DNA of 64,000 nt from Zootoca vivipara (Eukaryota). Within the stretch, counting starts at the first letter, position 1. Every line of letters starts with the position of its first letter. Shown piece after piece: positions 60,269 to 64,000 of the stretch. Location of the stretch: contig NC_083281.1 in the NCBI RefSeq assembly GCF_963506605.1, positions 44,082,001-44,146,000 on the forward strand. Reading direction: 5' to 3'. The translations under genes were made by a program, and so were the position numbers. The notes below the pieces were generated by a model that did no database searches, was not told the DNA's origin, and saw only the letters and a program-made list of their open reading frames with translations.

Positions 60269-63200
60269 TCACAGCAGGCCTTGGCGCTTCAGATCTTCGT
60301 AGGTCTTCTTGTTGACCACGTTCCCACTGGAATCCTCGTATTCCTCCTAGGTTGACAGAGAAGCCTAAGTGTGGGGAAAACCAGGAAAGCAGTACCTGGG
60401 CCCCAATGCAAAGGTCTCCCCCACCATGGAGACAGCAAAGCGCTGAAAGCCAGAAGCTGCTGCCACAGGTGACAGAAGCCTCTGCAGGCACCCTGCCAGC
60501 CCTGCCACTGGGGGAGAAGTGGAGCGGCATATGCCTCAAGCGTCAAAATGGGATGCACTGCCTCTGCTGAGACTCTCTGAGGAGCCAATCTAGTCCAGCC
60601 TCCTTTGGCCAATCAGGTGCTTCTGGGAAGCCCTGAAGCAAGGCAGGAGAACAACAGAGAGCATTCCAGCACCCCTCTATGGTGTATCTGAATATAGAGG
60701 CTCCACTGAGCTATCATGGCCTGTTTCTGACATTCAGCCCTGAGTGCTGTTGCTTATGTGGCTGAAACAGCTTCACCCAAGCACAAAAGGGAGGAATCAG
60801 TAGCCCAGGGAGAAGCCAATGCACAGAAACATGTTTAGACCAATGAACCCCCCCCCCAGGCAGTTAACTACATGCTGGGAGTGGAGCAGGGACACACAAG
60901 AGACGCCTGTGTAGGTGGGGAAATAGGGTGGACAGTTATGGAGGAAACAGCCAATCTGGACATGGGAGGAGCTCCTCTCCACCCTGGGACATTTCAGGGC
61001 AGGCTCCCCTGGTCACATGACCAGTAACAACCGATAGTTCTTATCCCCCATGACTTCAGTGGGCTTTGCTATCCAGTGCCAGCCTTTGCATTCCCTTTGC
61101 TAAACATTGGGGATCTCGGTAGAATTTGGCACGGGGACCGGAGCTGAAGGCACACACACCACTAACCCCTGGCCTGGTCCTCCCAGTCCCATTCCCAACT
61201 GACAACTGCAAGGGATGTCCCAACCCAGCTTACTTCTGTGTCCGGCTGCCACCTCTCCGAAGCCTTCTGTTGCTTCAGCTTTGCCCACACTGTAAACACA
61301 CAGGCGCAAACTGTCAGAGGTGACTGTCAACTGCTAGCTCCCAGTCACAACCCAAGATGCCCAGGTGGAGGGATAGCTGCTACTCTGCTTGGGGAAGCAA
61401 CAGAAGCTCTGCACCCCTGCCCAACCAGGGGTAAAGGATCAGGCTCCTGCCACACCACGAGTTGCCCCCCTGAGAAGCTCCACCCACCCAGTTACTCTGC
61501 TGATCCTGGCACATCGGCAAAGAGGTAAATAAATCACACAACAAGCCAGCAGCTGACAGAGCAGGTCCACCACTCTGACAGGATGCCCCCCCCCACCCCC
61601 ACAATGTGAAACTGGCAGCCACAGGCAAGCCCAGGGCCAGGAAGGCAACTTGTGGCCACTTACACGAAACAGCATCTTCAATCTGTGTGACGTTGGCAAA
61701 GTGAGCTGTGTTGGGGATGCCCAGGCATCGCATTCCATGGGCGTGGCGCCATTCCTATGGAACATAGAGGAACATCAAGGCATGGCCATGACAGAGAAGA
61801 GGCTGGCCTGTGCCACTGCCCTCCATACAGAACTGCCACACAATATGGGTCTCGGATAGAAGGCTAAGCTAAAAAGCAGCCAGTTGGGGTGTCCCCACAC
61901 TGCACAGGGGGGCGTTCTGCAAGTGTTAAGATTCGAGGGCTGCTGCCTAGCAAGAGCCCTGAACCTCATGCAAGCTGATAATATGTTCCGAGGCCCAATC
62001 AAACACACACACTCCCCAAATAAATATTTTGGCACTTTCCAGTGTCCTACCGCAAAGTGTCGTTGGAAAGCTTTGGGCCCACGGTAGGTGTAGTTCCCAC
62101 AGATCTCACAATTGTAGTTGATGTTCAGGCCGTGGAGCTTATATAGCCAATAAGGGATGGGCTGGAAGGCAAGGGGGGGGAGGAAGAGAGAGAGAATGAG
62201 CACACAAAGCAGTCGCTTTCTCCCATCCCCTGGGGTGTGCTGCGAGCCCCACAATGAGCCGGGCTTACTTTGCCATCCCACCCAAGGGGCAAGTTCTTGG
62301 GGTTGTAGATGATTTCATTGTCTTCATCCTCACTCTCGCTCTCACTGATCTGTTCCTCTTCCTCCTCCTCACGTTCCTCACCGGTCCGTGCCTGCTTGCG
62401 CTGCACATTTTCATGAGTCAGCTGCCGCTGCTCCTACAAGAAGTGGGGAAAAGAGCCAGTGAGTACAGTAGGAGGCCTACTGAACCACAACAGAACCCCA
62501 AAGGCTAGGGAGGAGGATAGGAGACAGAGCTTACCCCAAGAATCTCCACATGCTCATAGATCTGAGCCTCCAGGAAAGCCAAGTCCTTGTTCCTCTCAGT
62601 GTCCCTGTCAAGGAAACAGCTCGATGAAGGGATAAGGATACACACACCCCACAACACTTGCAGCGCCAGGAAGACCCACATGGGCCCCACAGCTCAGGTT
62701 GCTAGTCAACGCTAAGGCCAAGGACAGCATCTCTCCCACCCAGCCACTGGCAGAGAAGGAAGGAAGGAAGGAGCTGCCCCTCTGCCGGAAGGTGATTTGA
62801 GCAGGACATGATCAACTTCACCCCAGCCATACCCCCATGTGCCTCACCGCTTGCTCCCCTTTGTCTTTGGGTTCTTGGCAAAGAGAGAAGGGTCAAGGGC
62901 CTCCAGAGACTTGCCCTTGGTGCTGAACAGCCTCTGAGCACGTTCCTCTAGAGTCCTGGAGAGGAGGAAGAGAAGAAACGCATTACATGCTTACATCTCC
63001 AGATCTGGATAAACCCAGAGCTCATCCAAACAACCAGACCTCTCATGTAAGAACGTAAGAGCCTGCTGGATCAGGCCTGTGGCCCATCAAGTTCAACATC
63101 CTGTTCTCACAGTGGTCAACCAGATGCCCCAGTATGATGATCACAGGCAGGAATCAAGTACAAGAGCACTCTCCTTTCCTGTGGTTTCCAGCAAAGGGTA

Positions 63201-63682
63201 CTCAGAAGCATCACTGCCTCCAACTGTGGAAATAGCCATCAACAGTCCTCTCCTCCGTGAATTTGTCTAACCCAATTTTAAAGCCACCTATGTTGGTGGC
63301 CATGACTGCCTCCTATGGGAGCAAGTTCCTTAGTTTAACTCTGTGCTGCATGAAGTAGTATTTTCTTTTATCTGCATTCAGCTTCTTTGGGTGTCATACA
63401 CAGGGTCCAGCAGCAGCAGCAGCAACAACAACAACCCACCCCCCACAGCCAGCTCCAAACAAATGCTTTACTTACCCACCACATTTCAGTCCCAAAGCTA
63501 ACAGTGCAGATTTCAGCCTGTCCAGTCCAAGGGAGGCCAATTCCTGTGGGAGAAGCACAAATGCACAGAGTTGACATGACTTGGCTATAAGTCAACCATC
63601 TCCTTTCCCTTGTATGGCCGGGCAATCGGTAGCAGGAAGCTGGCCAAAGTCCCTGCACAGCACAGAGAGCAAAGGCGGTGGC

Positions 63683-63730
<48 letters not shown>

Positions 63731-63992
63731 TGTTCTGGAAAGTTCGGAAGCTGCCCCAGGGTTTCAGGCATAGAGTCTTTCCCAGCCCTAAACAGAGATG
63801 TCACTGGGGATCCAACCTGGCACCTTCTGCATGCAAAGTAGGTGTTCTGCCTCTGAGCCGCAGCCCTTCCCCTCTTGCTCCCTTCCCAGCATCAACAAGA
63901 CAGGCTCAAAAAGGCAAACAAACCTCCCAGGAAGAAAAGGCTGACAGGTCCAGGTGGGCCCCAGCATGGGTGAGGGCGCTGCTGGTCTCTTT
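60269..63992 (-). CDS. SF3A3: Splicing factor 3A subunit 3 (SF3a60/Prp9), last 9 coding exons; 5' part lies outside the window
   Basis: Exons 63992-63924, 63543-63476, 62955-62848, 62604-62535, 62433-62269, 62161-62051, 61754-61664, 61289-61234, 60346-60269. Motifs [24 protein letters not shown], matrin-type zinc finger [25 protein letters not shown]-terminus [16 protein letters not shown] at 60116-60121 (minus). Confidence 0.97.
63686..63728. repeat. (CAG)n trinucleotide repeat, intronic in SF3A3
   Basis: About 14 units; lies outside the coding exons. Confidence 0.92.
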
Positions 63993-64000
63993 CTGCCAAG

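Noticed and set aside
63387-63841. Poly-Q, poly-S and poly-L ORFs from CAG repeats
   Set aside because: Intronic microsatellites of SF3A3.

Overview
Vertebrate genomic DNA, most likely from a lacertid lizard (three Sauria-SINE copies with the GGGACGCGGGTGGCGCTGTGGGTTAAACC-type head, plus BovB, CR1, L2 and hAT/Tc1 MITEs). The window covers the block syntenic to human 1p34.3: MANEAL 3' end (+), YRDC (-, complete), MTF1 (-, complete, ~4 kb 3'UTR), INPP5B (-, complete, two U12-type introns) and SF3A3 3' part (-). No C1orf122 orthologue is recognisable. The main finding is a spliced gene on the minus strand between INPP5B and SF3A3 (48686-53915), with 8 coding exons, which I do not know from the human locus. 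It encodes a ~298-aa protein: signal peptide, N-glycosylated stalk, 12-Cys LU/three-finger-like domain, Thr/Pro hinge, a second 12-Cys domain and a GPI-type tail. Other findings are a Penelope-like inverted repeat with a degenerate hammerhead core in MTF1 intron 10, a densely base-paired ~150-nt element in an SF3A3 intron, an internal INPP5B promoter with its own first exon, and no C-terminal CAAX box on INPP5B. All exon models were read by eye from splice signals and frame continuity; no database search was run.
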